64,000 nt of DNA from an uncultured delta proteobacterium (GTDB lineage Bacteria > Myxococcota_A > UBA9160 > UBA6930): the NCBI GenBank assembly GCA_963766175.1, contig CAVXZE010000001.1, positions 148,136-212,135 of the forward strand, given 5' to 3'. Shown piece by piece: positions 47,139 to 57,480 of this stretch; position 1 is the first letter of the stretch; the number at the start of each line of letters is the position of its first letter. The translations under genes and the position numbers were made by a program. The notes under the pieces are model-generated. The model made no database searches. It was given only the letters and a program-made list of their open reading frames with translations, and was not told where the DNA came from.

Positions 47139-48235
47139 GACGTCCGAGCTGGTTCGACACGGCCGAGGAGAGCCTGGCGCGGCGCTTCGCGCTGCTTCCC
47201 CTCGATCTGCTCGCGCTCGCCTACGGCGTCGGGGCCCGCGTCCATCGCGCCGCCTACGCTCGTGGGCTGTTCCATCCTGTCCAGCTCTCCTGTCGCGTGG
47301 TGAGTGTTGGAAACCTGGTCGTGGGCGGCTCCGGGAAGACTCCAATGGCCGCCTGGCTCGCCAAGGCGCTTCATCAGCGCGGACATCGCGTGGTGCTGGC
47401 GAGCCGCGGCTACGCGCGCCGCGGTCGCGAAAAGGTCGAGGTGGTCTCCGACGGGCGGCTCCTGAGCAGCAGTGTCGAGGCCGCCGGGGACGAGCCGATC
47501 TTGCTGGCCGCCCACGCTCCCGGGGTTCCGGTCCTGGTGGGACCGGACCGGGGCGTGGTGGGGATGCGAGCGGTCTCGGCATTCGGCGCGCAGATCCTCG
47601 TCCTCGACGACGGATTCCATCACCACCGGCTGGCTCGCGACCTGGAGCTTCTCTGCTTCGACGGGAATGCCGGTCTGGGCAACCGCCGGGTGCTTCCGAG
47701 GGGGCCCCTTCGCGAGTTTCCCTCGGCTCTGCGCCTCGCCGACGCCCTGGCCGTCATCGATGGTCCGCTGCGCGAAGCGGACCAGGCGCTTCTGGCGCGG
47801 TTCGCCCCGGCGGCGCGCCACTTCGAAGTGAAGCGCCGCCCGGTCGGGGTTCGTCACCTCGCCGGCGGAAAGTGGGGACCGCCGCAGGGCCTCGCGGACC
47901 TCGAGGTGGGCCTGCTCTCCGGCATCGCCCAGCCGGACTCCTTTCGCCGCACCGTCGAATCCCTGGGAGCGCACGTGATCCGCGAGCGCCGCTTCCCCGA
48001 CCACCACCGCTACCGGGAGCGCGACCTCCGCTCCCTCGAGGAGGAGGCGTCGATCTGGCTCACCACCGAGAAGGACGCGGTGAAGATCCTCCCGTCCTGG
48101 CTGGGAGGCGCCGATCTGCGCGTGGTCTCCATCGATATCGCCGTGGAGGACGGGGACCGCCTGTGCGATTGGCTCGAGGATCGGCTGCGCGAGCAGCCGA
48201 TCGGCCGCGATGCGGCGCTCCCGGAAGTTGCCTAG
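47135..48235 (+). CDS. lpxK: Tetraacyldisaccharide 4'-kinase
   Basis: SVGNLVVGGSGKTP, SRGY, GDEP, LDDGFHH, LP.GPLRE, FPDHH, TTEKDAVK. Confidence 0.93.
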   Translation: MRRPSWFDTAEESLARRFALLPLDLLALAYGVGARVHRAAYARGLFHPVQLSCRVVSVGNLVVGGSGKTPMAAWLAKALHQRGHRVVLASRGYARRGREKVEVVSDGRLLSSSVEAAGDEPILLAAHAPGVPVLVGPDRGVVGMRAVSAFGAQILVLDDGFHHHRLARDLELLCFDGNAGLGNRRVLPRGPLREFPSALRLADALAVIDGPLREADQALLARFAPAARHFEVKRRPVGVRHLAGGKWGPPQGLADLEVGLLSGIAQPDSFRRTVESLGAHVIRERRFPDHHRYRERDLRSLEEEASIWLTTEKDAVKILPSWLGGADLRVVSIDIAVEDGDRLCDWLEDRLREQPIGRDAALPEVA

Positions 48236-49074
48236 CCGCTTCGTCGGTAGCCGAGCTTGTGGATCGCGACCTTGCGAAGCTCCCGGTCCACTCGCTTCCA
48301 GAGGGCTCGCCTGAGCAGCCGGTCCTCGCCGCAGTAGGCGCTGAAGAACCGCGCGCATCCCCGGGACCCCACGCGTTCCAGCACACCGCGCTTCAAGAGC
48401 GACCGGAACAGGCGCATGATCTGCACCATTCGCTCGCCGGGGGTGAGGCCCGGGGTGATGCGGGCCTTGTCCAGGTCGATGACGATGCACTCGGCGGTGT
48501 CACCTCTCTCGCGGATCAGGAGATTCTTCGCGTGAAGGTCGGCGTGCCGCCCGCCCTCGTCGTGAAACCGGCGCACCGCACTCCCCGTGGCCGACGCGGC
48601 GCGCAACAATCGGGGGCGATCCGGGTTGGACTCGAGAAAGGTCAGGGCGTCCACCGCGTCGGGCTCCAGATAGGTGCTCACCACCAGGGACCGAAAGGGT
48701 CCCACGAGCCTTCTGCCCAGGGCGAGGGCCGGCCGGGGGACCGGCGCGCCGGCGCTCCGCAGCTCCGCGGTCACCCGCAGCTCGCGAAGCGGTCGGCTCA
48801 TCCCGAGAAAGACCGGGCCAAGCAGCGGGCCGAGCACGCCGCCATGGAGGAGGCGGCGCAACACCAGCTTCTCCGTCGATCCCGGCACCGCGACCAGGGC
48901 GTTGTCGCCTCGACCTCTGGCACCACCGCCGCGGGCGAAGTGTCGATCGACTCCGCCCGGGGTGTGCAGGGAGAGCGTACGGACCGCGTCCTCGAGGGCG
49001 GGGTCGACGACGAGGATGACCCGACCCACCGAGAGGCAGCGAAAGCCGGGGGGGCCTTCTTCAGACTTCCGCAC
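48232..49074 (-). CDS. Kdo/LPS kinase (KdkA-like)
   Basis: LVLR..HGG, RPLREL, G.PVP.P, HADLHAKNLL, IDLDK kinase motifs. Start uncertain (GTG 49074 or 49029). Confidence 0.75.
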   Translation of the reverse strand: MRKSEEGPPGFRCLSVGRVILVVDPALEDAVRTLSLHTPGGVDRHFARGGGARGRGDNALVAVPGSTEKLVLRRLLHGGVLGPLLGPVFLGMSRPLRELRVTAELRSAGAPVPRPALALGRRLVGPFRSLVVSTYLEPDAVDALTFLESNPDRPRLLRAASATGSAVRRFHDEGGRHADLHAKNLLIRERGDTAECIVIDLDKARITPGLTPGERMVQIMRLFRSLLKRGVLERVGSRGCARFFSAYCGEDRLLRRALWKRVDRELRKVAIHKLGYRRSG

Positions 49075-50203
49075 GGCGCGCGCGGTACAGCAGTGGAATC
49101 GCGATGATCGCGAATGCGACATTCGGCAGCCAGATCGCCAGGTACGCGGGGAGCGCGCCGTTGTCCGCCAGGAAGCTTCCGAAGGACAGCAGCAGGTAGT
49201 AGACGAAGACCAGCGCCACGGAGATCAGCACGCCCCACGACCGCGCGCCGCGGGAGCGGCGCAGGCCCAGCGGGACCCCGACCAGCGCGAAGAGCACGGG
49301 AGTGAGAGGGAGAGCGAGCCGGCGGTGGAGCTGGATCTCGTAGGGCTCCTTCGACTTGACCCGCACGTCGTCGGGGGGCCTTCCGTCGTGCTGGTCGAAG
49401 TGGTCGATCACCTGGAGGATTCTCTTCGTGCCCATTTCCAGAGGCAGGATCTGCGCAGGTCCGGCGCCGAGGATTCCGCTCATGTCGAAGGCGTAGTCGA
49501 AGGTCGCGAAGGAAATGCGCCGATATTCGTTCAACTCGCTCTCCTCGGGCTCGAAGTGGACGTCGCCACTCTCGAGCTGGAGGTGTGCGGTGGAGTTCTC
49601 CGAATCGAAGTAGAAGCGTCCGCGCTCCGCGACGACGGTAAACGGTTGAGCCGGATCGGTGCGATCCGAGATCAGAACGCCGCTGAGTCGGTTCTCCTCG
49701 TCGCGGTCTTCCACGAAGAGCAGGCGCGCCTCCTCGCGGTCGAGTCGGTTGAAGTTTCCGGGCTCGATGACTCCGCCTCGGGACGCGATTTCGGCAAAGA
49801 TGGCCCGAAGCGTGCGGCGCGCCAGTGGATCCCCCTCGGCGAGCAGCAAAAAGGTGGTGGCGGAGGCGAGCAACGCGAGTAGCAGCGCGGGGACCACGAA
49901 CTGGCCGAAGCTGATACCGAGGCTGCGCATGGCCATCACTTCGGAATCCGCGGAGATCCGACCCACGGCGACCATGATTCCGAACAGAAAGGCGATGGGA
50001 AGGGCGTGGCCGCTTAGCATCCCCACCACGCATCCCAGTATGGTCAGGTAGTCGGACGCGCTGATCCCCACGGCGGCCAGGTCGTCGAGTCGCTGGAGCA
50101 GGTTCTGTGTGACGAGGATCGATCCGGCAACGAGTAGCCCCAGCCCGGCGTAGAGCAGGATCTCCCGGAGGACGTAGAAGGAGAGGATGCGCGGTACCCG
50201 CAT
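49061..50203 (-). CDS. lptF: LPS export permease LptF/LptG family
   Basis: YVLREIL, GRISADSEVMAMRSLG, periplasmic beta-jellyroll region, GVPLG, AIWLPN. Confidence 0.85.
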   Translation of the reverse strand: MRVPRILSFYVLREILLYAGLGLLVAGSILVTQNLLQRLDDLAAVGISASDYLTILGCVVGMLSGHALPIAFLFGIMVAVGRISADSEVMAMRSLGISFGQFVVPALLLALLASATTFLLLAEGDPLARRTLRAIFAEIASRGGVIEPGNFNRLDREEARLLFVEDRDEENRLSGVLISDRTDPAQPFTVVAERGRFYFDSENSTAHLQLESGDVHFEPEESELNEYRRISFATFDYAFDMSGILGAGPAQILPLEMGTKRILQVIDHFDQHDGRPPDDVRVKSKEPYEIQLHRRLALPLTPVLFALVGVPLGLRRSRGARSWGVLISVALVFVYYLLLSFGSFLADNGALPAYLAIWLPNVAFAIIAIPLLYRARRAEV

Positions 50204-50302
50204 GGCGGACTATCCTACCTGGGGCAGTCCCCCTCCGCGAGGCTCGTTATCGCCACCTGCACGAATCCACTGGCCGATCCCCCCCAAGCTGATCGGATTC
50301 TC

Positions 50303-51337
50303 GTGATTCGCCTCGGAGCCATGGGCGACGTGGTGCGCACCTTTCCCGCGGTCTCATCCCTGCGCGCCGCCTACCCGGGCTCCTACATCGCCTGGCTCGT
50401 CGAGCCCGCCTCCGCAAGCATCGTCGAGGGACAGCCCTGGGTGGACGAGGTGATCCAGTTCCCGCGCGGGATGCTGCGGGAGTCTCTGCGGCGATGGCGA
50501 CTGGGGAGCGCTTGGCGAATCGCCCGACGGTTTCTGACGGAGCTTCGGCGCCGACGCTTCGACCTGATTCTCGACTTTCACTCGATCCTCAAGAGTGGGG
50601 TCCTGACGCGCCTCTCCGGGGCTTCCAGACGCGTCGGCTATGCGCGGCCCTTCTCCCGCGAAGGAGCCTTCCTGTTCGTGGGGGAGCGCGCCCGGATCGA
50701 GCCGGCCAAGATCAGCCGCTTCGAGCGAAACCAGGGTCTGGTGCACTTCCTCGGGGTGGGGATAGAACCCGACCCGCGGCCGCTGCGCCTCGACCCGGAG
50801 ACCCTGGAGCGGGCCGAGAAGGCCCTGGGACCAGGGCCGGCGCCGATCGCGATTCACCCGGGAACCAGCGACGCCACCCCTCACAAGCGCTACACCGTGA
50901 CGGGTTACGCCGCGGTGGCCCGGGCCCTTGCCGATCGCCAGGGAGTCACCTCGGTGGTCAGCTGTGGCCCCGCCGGCGATGACCGGGCCTTCGCTGCCGC
51001 CATCGTCGAGGCTTCGGGCGGTGCCGCTCGGATCGCCCCGGAAACGCCCTCTCTGGCAGATCTGGCCGCGCTCTTCTCCTGCTCCCGCCTCTACATCGGC
51101 GGAGACACCGGTCCGATGCACCTGGCCTCTTTGGTGGGGACACCCGTGGTCCAGATCCTCGGTCCCACGGATCCCGTCGAGAACGCGCCCTTCCCGAGAA
51201 CCCCTTCGCGGACGGTCCGGGTCCAGATCCACTGCAACCCCTGTCGACGCGGCTGCGCTGCTGCGACTTGCATGAGGGTGATTCCCCCCGATGCGGTGAT
51301 CGATGCTGCGTGCGAGCTTCTGGGAAATGCAGGCTAG
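50303..51337 (+). CDS. GT9 heptosyltransferase (WaaC-like)
   Basis: RLGAMGDVV, DEVI, GGDTGPMHLA, GPT. Homology extends upstream of GTG 50303, so the true start may be earlier. Confidence 0.85.
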   Translation: MIRLGAMGDVVRTFPAVSSLRAAYPGSYIAWLVEPASASIVEGQPWVDEVIQFPRGMLRESLRRWRLGSAWRIARRFLTELRRRRFDLILDFHSILKSGVLTRLSGASRRVGYARPFSREGAFLFVGERARIEPAKISRFERNQGLVHFLGVGIEPDPRPLRLDPETLERAEKALGPGPAPIAIHPGTSDATPHKRYTVTGYAAVARALADRQGVTSVVSCGPAGDDRAFAAAIVEASGGAARIAPETPSLADLAALFSCSRLYIGGDTGPMHLASLVGTPVVQILGPTDPVENAPFPRTPSRTVRVQIHCNPCRRGCAAATCMRVIPPDAVIDAACELLGNAG

Positions 51338-51347
51338 GGCTTGAGTC

Positions 51348-52490
51348 ATGTCGCAGCCTCAGGAGATTCTGGTCCGGGGCCCGAACTGGACGGGCGACCT
51401 GATCATGGCCACACCCGGGTTTCGGGCGTTGCGGACCGGCTTCCCGGGGGCGAGGCTGACCCTCCACCTTCGCGCGGAGCTGCATCCACTGATCGCCGGG
51501 GCGCCCTGGTTCGACGAGGTGCTGCCGCTCGCCTCCTACCGGAAGGGAACCGCCGCGCTGATTCGAGAGGGACGCTCCCTGCGAACGCGACGCTTCGATC
51601 TCGGCCTTTGTCTCCCCGACTCTTTTTCCTCGGCGCTGCTGATGAGGTTGGGCGGGGTCCGTCGCATCGTCGGCTACCGACGAAACGGGCGGGGCGCTCT
51701 CCTCCATCACCGGGTTGCCCCGCCGAAGACCGGGGGGCGCCGGCTGATGATCGCCCGGGAGCAGCACGTCCTCGGACTGATCGCGTCGGTGGGCTGTCCG
51801 CCCCAGGGCACCGGCCTCGAGCTTCACGTGACCGGAGCCGAGGAGGCCGAGGCCCGGCAGAGGCTCGAGGACCGCGGCGTGCGCGAGGGCGAGGCGATCG
51901 CGGTGCTGGCTCCCGGAGCCTCCTACGGGCCCTCCAAGCTCTGGCCGCCCGCCGGCTTCGCGCGAGTCGGCGATGCCCTGGCTGCGGCCGGGGCGTCGGT
52001 GGTCGTGGTGGGGACGCCCGGCGAGCGGAGGCTCTCGGCGCAGGTGCTCTCCGGGATGCAGGAGCCGGCGGTGGACCTCACGGGTGAGCTGGCCCTGGGG
52101 GCGCTCAAGGCCGTGGTGAGACGGGCGCGGGTGCTGATCTGCAACGACGCCGGTACCCGTCACATCGCAGCGGCCTTCGGCACTCCCTGCGTCGTGGTGA
52201 TGGGACCGACCAGTCTCGAGAAGACCAGCCTCAACCTGGAGCGGGTGAAGGTCCTCTTCGCCGACGTGGATTGCCGTCCCTGCTACCTGCGAGAGTGTCC
52301 CATCGACCACCGCTGCATGACCCGCATCTCCGCCGAGCGCGTTGCGCGGGAGGCGCTGCCGGCTCTGTCACCCGACGCGGCGGAGCGCTGGAGAGGCGAG
52401 GTCGTGGAGGTGCCGGGCGGCCCCACGCGCGCTGCGGGCCCCGGGCTCGAGGACGGAGAGGGCGGCAACCCACCGGGTGTGCCGGCATGA
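51348..52490 (+). CDS. waaF: LPS heptosyltransferase II
   Basis: PNWTGDLIMA, PDSFSSA, PGASYGPSKLWP, NDAG.RHIAAA, C.PC..RECP..H.CM. Confidence 0.85.
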   Translation: MSQPQEILVRGPNWTGDLIMATPGFRALRTGFPGARLTLHLRAELHPLIAGAPWFDEVLPLASYRKGTAALIREGRSLRTRRFDLGLCLPDSFSSALLMRLGGVRRIVGYRRNGRGALLHHRVAPPKTGGRRLMIAREQHVLGLIASVGCPPQGTGLELHVTGAEEAEARQRLEDRGVREGEAIAVLAPGASYGPSKLWPPAGFARVGDALAAAGASVVVVGTPGERRLSAQVLSGMQEPAVDLTGELALGALKAVVRRARVLICNDAGTRHIAAAFGTPCVVVMGPTSLEKTSLNLERVKVLFADVDCRPCYLRECPIDHRCMTRISAERVAREALPALSPDAAERWRGEVVEVPGGPTRAAGPGLEDGEGGNPPGVPA

Positions 52491-53470
52491 GCGACCTCTC
52501 CATCGTGATCGTGACCTGGAACGCGAAGGAAGTGCTCCTCGATTGCCTGGAGTCGATCCAGCGGGAGGTCCACTCGCGCAGCGACGATGGCGGCATCCGG
52601 ACCGAGACTCTGGTAGTGGACAACGGCTCCCGGGACGGCAGCGTTGCCGCGGTGCGCGAGCAGCATCCCTGGGCCGAGGTGATCGCGCTGCCGGAGAACC
52701 TCGGCTTCGCCGCCGGAAACAACGTGGGGCTGCGGCGCGCCAAGGGTCGACACGCGGTGCTCCTGAACAGCGACACGGTCGTGCTCCCCGACGCGCTCGA
52801 AAGATGCGTGCGCTACCTGGACGCGAATCCCGAGGTCGGCGTCGCGGGGCTGCAGCTTCTCAACCCGGACGGAAGCAAGCAGAATTGCATCCACAATTTC
52901 CCCGGCCTGCTCACAGAGATCTTCCCCAAGTGGGTCCTCGAAACCTCGTTCCCGGGTCGTTATCCCTCGAAGCGCTACCATCACCCGGAACCCATCGAGG
53001 TGGAGGCGGTGTTGGGCGCCTGCCTCTTCGTGCGCCGGGAGGTATTGGAATCGGTGGGCCTGATGCCCGAGGAGTACTTCTTCTTCCTGGAGGAGACCGA
53101 CTGGTGCTTCCAGATCGCGCGTGCGGGATGGCGCGTGGTTCACATCCCCGACGCTCGCGTGATTCACATCTTCGGCGCCAGCACCAAGAAGAAGGTTCCC
53201 GCGGAGACGCGCATCGAGTACCACCGGTCCCTGTATCGCTTCTTCCGCAAGAATCGCGGCCTGCTCCCGCTGGTGCTGATCGTGATGCTTCGGGTCTTGA
53301 AGGCAATTCTGTACGTCCTCTGGGGAATCCCGGGGGCGCTGGTCTATCGTCGGAGGCGCGATCGCTGGCTGCAGGACTGGAAGGTGCTGCGCTGGCACCT
53401 GCGGGGCTGCCCCAGAGACGAGGGGCTGGCTCAGCTGCGGGAGAAGAGCGCGGATGGAGGCGAAGAGTGA
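52487..53470 (+). CDS. GT2 family glycosyltransferase
   Basis: SIVIVTWN, VVDNGSRDGS, NLGFAAGNN, LLNSD, EETDWC. Confidence 0.88.
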   Translation: MSDLSIVIVTWNAKEVLLDCLESIQREVHSRSDDGGIRTETLVVDNGSRDGSVAAVREQHPWAEVIALPENLGFAAGNNVGLRRAKGRHAVLLNSDTVVLPDALERCVRYLDANPEVGVAGLQLLNPDGSKQNCIHNFPGLLTEIFPKWVLETSFPGRYPSKRYHHPEPIEVEAVLGACLFVRREVLESVGLMPEEYFFFLEETDWCFQIARAGWRVVHIPDARVIHIFGASTKKKVPAETRIEYHRSLYRFFRKNRGLLPLVLIVMLRVLKAILYVLWGIPGALVYRRRRDRWLQDWKVLRWHLRGCPRDEGLAQLREKSADGGEE

Positions 53471-54582
53471 AGATCCTGGTGACGGGCGGGGCGGGATTCG
53501 TCGGGTCACATCTGGTGGACGCGCTCCTCGGGGCCGGCCACGAGGTTCGCGTGCTCGACAATCTATGCCAGCAGGTGCACGGCGAAACCGCGAAGCGCCC
53601 CGACTATCTGAATGCCGGAGCGGAGCTGCAGGTCGGTGACGTTCGGGATCCGGACGCGGTGGGTCGCGCCCTGGAGGACGTGGAGGTCGTCTTTCATCTC
53701 GCTGCAGCCGTGGGCGTGGGCCAGTCGATGTACGAGATGGCGCGCTACGTCTCCGTGAACTCGCTGGGCGCGGCGGTTCTGCTCGAGGAGATCGTCGCGC
53801 GCCGGGACCGGATTCGGAAGATGCTGGTGGCGTCTTCGATGTCGATCTACGGAGAGGGCGCTTACCGAGATGGCAGGGGCGAGGTCGTCTACCCGGCCCT
53901 TCGCTCGGAGACGGATCTGGCCGCGCGCCGCTTCGAGCTGGAGGACGCGGAGGGGAGCCCGCTGCAGGCGATCCCGACCTCCGAGGACAAGCCCCTCCGC
54001 CCGACCTCGATCTACGCCGTGACCAAGCGTGACCACGAGGAAATGTTTCTCGCCGTGGGCGCCGCCTACGGAATCCCGGCCGTCGCCCTGCGCTACTTCA
54101 ACATCTACGGCACCAGGCAGGCGCTCTCGAATCCCTACACGGGAGTGATGGCGATCTTCTCCGCGCGCCTGCTGAACCGGAATCGGCCGATGATCTTCGA
54201 GGATGGCCTCCAGACTCGCGACTTCGTTCACGTCTCCGACGTGGTGCGGGCGAATCTCCTGGCCATGGAAGCGGAGCTGGAGGACGGCAGGGTCTACAAC
54301 GTGGGGACCGGAAGGCCGACGACGATTCTCCGGATCGCCGAGCTCCTGGCCGAGCAGCTCGGCTTTGACGAGCCGCCGGACGTGGTGGGCAGGTTCCGGG
54401 CCGGGGACATCCGCCACTGCTACTCGGACGTCGGCCGCATCCGCGATGAGCTCGGATACCATCCCGAGGTCGATCTCGCCGACGGCATCGCAGAGCTTCT
54501 GGCCTGGCTCCGCAGTCAGACGGCCGTCGACAGGATCGATCGGGCCGCCCGGGAGCTGGAACAGCGGGGTCTCGCCCGATGA
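53467..54582 (+). CDS. NAD-dependent nucleotide-sugar epimerase/dehydratase
   Basis: TGGAGFVGS, ASSMSIYG, YAVTK, LRYFNIYG, RDFVHV. Confidence 0.9.
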   Translation: MKILVTGGAGFVGSHLVDALLGAGHEVRVLDNLCQQVHGETAKRPDYLNAGAELQVGDVRDPDAVGRALEDVEVVFHLAAAVGVGQSMYEMARYVSVNSLGAAVLLEEIVARRDRIRKMLVASSMSIYGEGAYRDGRGEVVYPALRSETDLAARRFELEDAEGSPLQAIPTSEDKPLRPTSIYAVTKRDHEEMFLAVGAAYGIPAVALRYFNIYGTRQALSNPYTGVMAIFSARLLNRNRPMIFEDGLQTRDFVHVSDVVRANLLAMEAELEDGRVYNVGTGRPTTILRIAELLAEQLGFDEPPDVVGRFRAGDIRHCYSDVGRIRDELGYHPEVDLADGIAELLAWLRSQTAVDRIDRAARELEQRGLAR

Positions 54583-55601
54583 CGGAGCGCCTCGACCAGC
54601 GACGACTCGAGAAGCTGATCGCGAGCTTTGGGCAGTTGCGTCTCCTCGTGGTGGGCGACGTGATGCTCGACGAATACCTGTGGGGTGACGTGGACCGCGT
54701 GAGTCCGGAGGCTCCCGTCCCCGTCGTGCACGTCCAACGCGAGTCCCTCGCGCTCGGTGGTGCCGGGAACGTGGTGCGAAACATCGTCGCCATGGGGGCG
54801 GAGTGCGTCGTCTGCGCCGTGGTCGGAAGCGATTGGGCGGGCGACCGGGTCATCGACCTTCTCAAGGATCTCGGCGTGGATCCGAGCGGTGTGGTGCGCG
54901 TGGGAGACCGCCCCACCACCCGCAAGACCCGGGTCGAGGCTCGCTCCCAGCAGATGCTTCGCTTCGATCGGGAGACCGACGAGTCGATCTCCTCCGCTAC
55001 CTCCCGCCGGCTGCTGCGGGCGATGGACGAAGCGCTGCCCGCGGTTCAGGGGGCGATTCTCGAAGACTACGGGAAGGGGCTGCTGCCGGTTCGGGTGCTG
55101 CGCGCCGCCATGCGCCGCTTCAATGAGGCGGGGATCCCCGTGGCGGTGGATCCGAAGACCTCCATCGCGGCCTACCGGGGCGCGGATCTGTTCAAGCCGA
55201 ACCTCCGAGAGGTCGGCGCCCTCACGGGAACGCGGATCCGAAGCGAGCATGAGCTCTACCGGGCCGTCGCACAGCTACGGCGGCGCCTGGGTCCAAGCGA
55301 CATCGTGGTGACCCGGGGCTCCGACGGAATGACGATCTTCGAGGGCGAGGCTCCCCCGGTGGACGTTCCCATCGCACGCAGCGAGGTCTTCGATGTCCAG
55401 GGAGCGGGGGACACCACGATCGCCGCTCTCGCGCTCACGCGCCTGGCCGGTGGAACCCTGCTGGAGTCTGCCGTGGTGGCCAACACCGCCGCCGGCGTGG
55501 TGGTGGGCAAGGTCGGTACGGCAACGGCGAATCCGGAGGAGATCGTGGCCTTGTTGCCGGCGGCCATCGCCGCCGCTCGGGCTTCGAGGCGCCAGTCGTG
55601 A
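54579..55601 (+). CDS. rfaE1: D-glycero-beta-D-manno-heptose-7-phosphate kinase (HldE kinase domain only)
   Basis: GDVMLDEY, RVSPEAPVP, GGAGNV, DYGKG, VDPK, DVQGAGDT, VVVGKVGTA. Confidence 0.9.
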   Translation: MTERLDQRRLEKLIASFGQLRLLVVGDVMLDEYLWGDVDRVSPEAPVPVVHVQRESLALGGAGNVVRNIVAMGAECVVCAVVGSDWAGDRVIDLLKDLGVDPSGVVRVGDRPTTRKTRVEARSQQMLRFDRETDESISSATSRRLLRAMDEALPAVQGAILEDYGKGLLPVRVLRAAMRRFNEAGIPVAVDPKTSIAAYRGADLFKPNLREVGALTGTRIRSEHELYRAVAQLRRRLGPSDIVVTRGSDGMTIFEGEAPPVDVPIARSEVFDVQGAGDTTIAALALTRLAGGTLLESAVVANTAAGVVVGKVGTATANPEEIVALLPAAIAAARASRRQS

Positions 55602-56488
55602 TCCGCAGCATGACCGGCTTCGGGCGGGCTTCCTTCGAGGTGGAGCAGGTGGCCTTCGGCGTCGAGGTCCGGACGCTGAATCACCGCCATCTGGATCTGA
55701 ACGTTCGCCTGCCGCGGGCTCTCTCGGATCGGGAGCTGGGGATCAAGAAAGGCCTCCAGGGTCGATTCGGGCGTGGCAAGGTGGAGGTTTCCATCAGCCT
55801 CGAGACCGGTAGCAGCATCCACACACAGCTGGAGGTCGATCTCGATCTCGCCGAGCAGTACGTGGGGGCGGCTGAAGCCCTGCGACGGGCGGATGGAGTC
55901 GGTGGAGACCTGGATGTCGTCGCCCTGCTCGCCCTGCCCGGTGTCTCCCGCCTGAAGGAGCACGAGTTCGCGGCCGAGGGCCTGGATGCGGCTCTCTTCT
56001 CGGCCGTCGATCAGGCCGTCGCGGCCGCGGAGGCGATGCGCGTCGCCGAGGGCGCGGCCCTCGAGCGTGAGCTGCGATCGCGTCTCGATACCATCGCTGC
56101 AACGGTGGAGGAGCTCGAGTCGCGGTCCTCGCTGGTTCAGGAGGCGGTTCGAGAGCGCCTGCGGAAACGGACCGAGCAGCTGCAGCAGGAGACCGGGCTC
56201 GTCGACGAGGCGCGTTTGCATCAGGAGATCGTCATCGCCGCCGATCGCCTGGACGTGACCGAGGAGCTGGCGCGTCTGCGGAGTCACGTCGAGCAGTTCC
56301 GGTCCGTGCTCGTGGAATGCGAGGGGGGAGATCCGGTGGGGCGTCGCCTCGATTTCCTGCTCCAGGAGATGGGTCGCGAGGCCAATACGCTCGGCTCCAA
56401 GGGGAGCGACGCGCCGATCGCCCATCGGGTCATCGATCTGAAGACGGAGCTCGAGAGGATCCGAGAGCAGGTGCAAAACGTTGAGTGA
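55598..56488 (+). CDS. yicC: YicC/YloC endoribonuclease family
   Basis: [51 protein letters not shown]. Confidence 0.93.
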   Translation: MIRSMTGFGRASFEVEQVAFGVEVRTLNHRHLDLNVRLPRALSDRELGIKKGLQGRFGRGKVEVSISLETGSSIHTQLEVDLDLAEQYVGAAEALRRADGVGGDLDVVALLALPGVSRLKEHEFAAEGLDAALFSAVDQAVAAAEAMRVAEGAALERELRSRLDTIAATVEELESRSSLVQEAVRERLRKRTEQLQQETGLVDEARLHQEIVIAADRLDVTEELARLRSHVEQFRSVLVECEGGDPVGRRLDFLLQEMGREANTLGSKGSDAPIAHRVIDLKTELERIREQVQNVE

Positions 56489-56759
56489 GAAGGCACCGCC
56501 GCGGATGCTCAACATCGGCTACGGCAACCTGGTGGTTGCCAGAAGAGTGATCGCGATCGTCTCGCCGCAATCCGCTCCCATGCGGCGCCTCCGCGAGGAC
56601 GCTCTTGGCCGCGGCAAGCTGGTCGACGCAACCCAGGGCCGGCGCACCCGCTCGATTCTGGTGACGGATAGCGATCACGTGGTGCTGTCCGCAGTCAACC
56701 CGGAGACCATCGCGGCTCGCCTGGCCCAGGACGGGTTTGTCGCCCCGGAAGCGGACTGA
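56481..56759 (+). CDS. remA: RemA/DUF370 family protein
   Basis: [34 protein letters not shown]. Start may be ATG 56505. Confidence 0.88.
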   Translation: MSEKAPPRMLNIGYGNLVVARRVIAIVSPQSAPMRRLREDALGRGKLVDATQGRRTRSILVTDSDHVVLSAVNPETIAARLAQDGFVAPEAD

Positions 56760-56764
56760 CCTCC

Positions 56765-57412
56765 ATGGCCGGTCGCCGCGGCGTGCCCTTCGTGATTTCG
56801 GCCCCCTCCGGTACCGGGAAGACCACCGTCTGCCGCCTGGTGGTCGAGCGGGATCCGCAGATCGAGCTCTCGGTCTCCCACACCACTCGGCGGCCGCGGC
56901 CCGGGGAGCGCAGCGGAGTCGACTACCACTTCGTTACGCCGGAGGAATTCCGCGCCCTGGTGGATCGGAACGCCTTCGTCGAACATGCCGAATACGGAGA
57001 GAACCTCTACGGAACCAGCTGGAGCTCCCTCGACGATCCCCTGGACCGGGGGCGGGACCTTCTGCTGGAGATCGAGGTTCAGGGTGCTCGTCAGATCCGA
57101 GCGCGGAGAAGTGATGCGCGCTTCCTCTTTCTGCTTCCTCCGTCCATGGAGGAGCTCTCGCGGCGCCTGCGCGGGCGCGGTACCGACGACGAGAGGGCGG
57201 TGGAGCGCCGGCTCCGGATCGTGATTTCGGAGCTGCGGGCCGTTCACGAGTTCGACTACGCTGTCGTGAACGACGAGCTGGAATCCGCAGTCGCCGCGGT
57301 CTGTGAGATCGTCCGCGCCGAGCGCTCCGGGGAGACGGTCTCGGTCGAGGAGCGCTTCGGGAGGCCGAGGGTGGTATCTCTCCTCTCGGATCGCTTCGAC
57401 TTCGGCGTTTGA
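56765..57412 (+). CDS. gmk: Guanylate kinase
   Basis: SAPSGTGKTT, SVSHTTR.PR.GE..GVDYHF, YGT, EIEVQGA. Confidence 0.95.
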   Translation: MAGRRGVPFVISAPSGTGKTTVCRLVVERDPQIELSVSHTTRRPRPGERSGVDYHFVTPEEFRALVDRNAFVEHAEYGENLYGTSWSSLDDPLDRGRDLLLEIEVQGARQIRARRSDARFLFLLPPSMEELSRRLRGRGTDDERAVERRLRIVISELRAVHEFDYAVVNDELESAVAAVCEIVRAERSGETVSVEERFGRPRVVSLLSDRFDFGV

Positions 57413-57441
57413 TTGAGGGCCGGCGGCCGGTCGGCTATTCT
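57413..57441 (+). promoter_or_regulatory. Putative sigma-70 promoter for rel
   Basis: TTGAGG-N17-TATTCT between the gmk stop and the rel ATG. Confidence 0.5.
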
Positions 57442-57480
57442 GGTCCAAGATACCGATTTCCAAAGAGAATCCAGGCTGGA

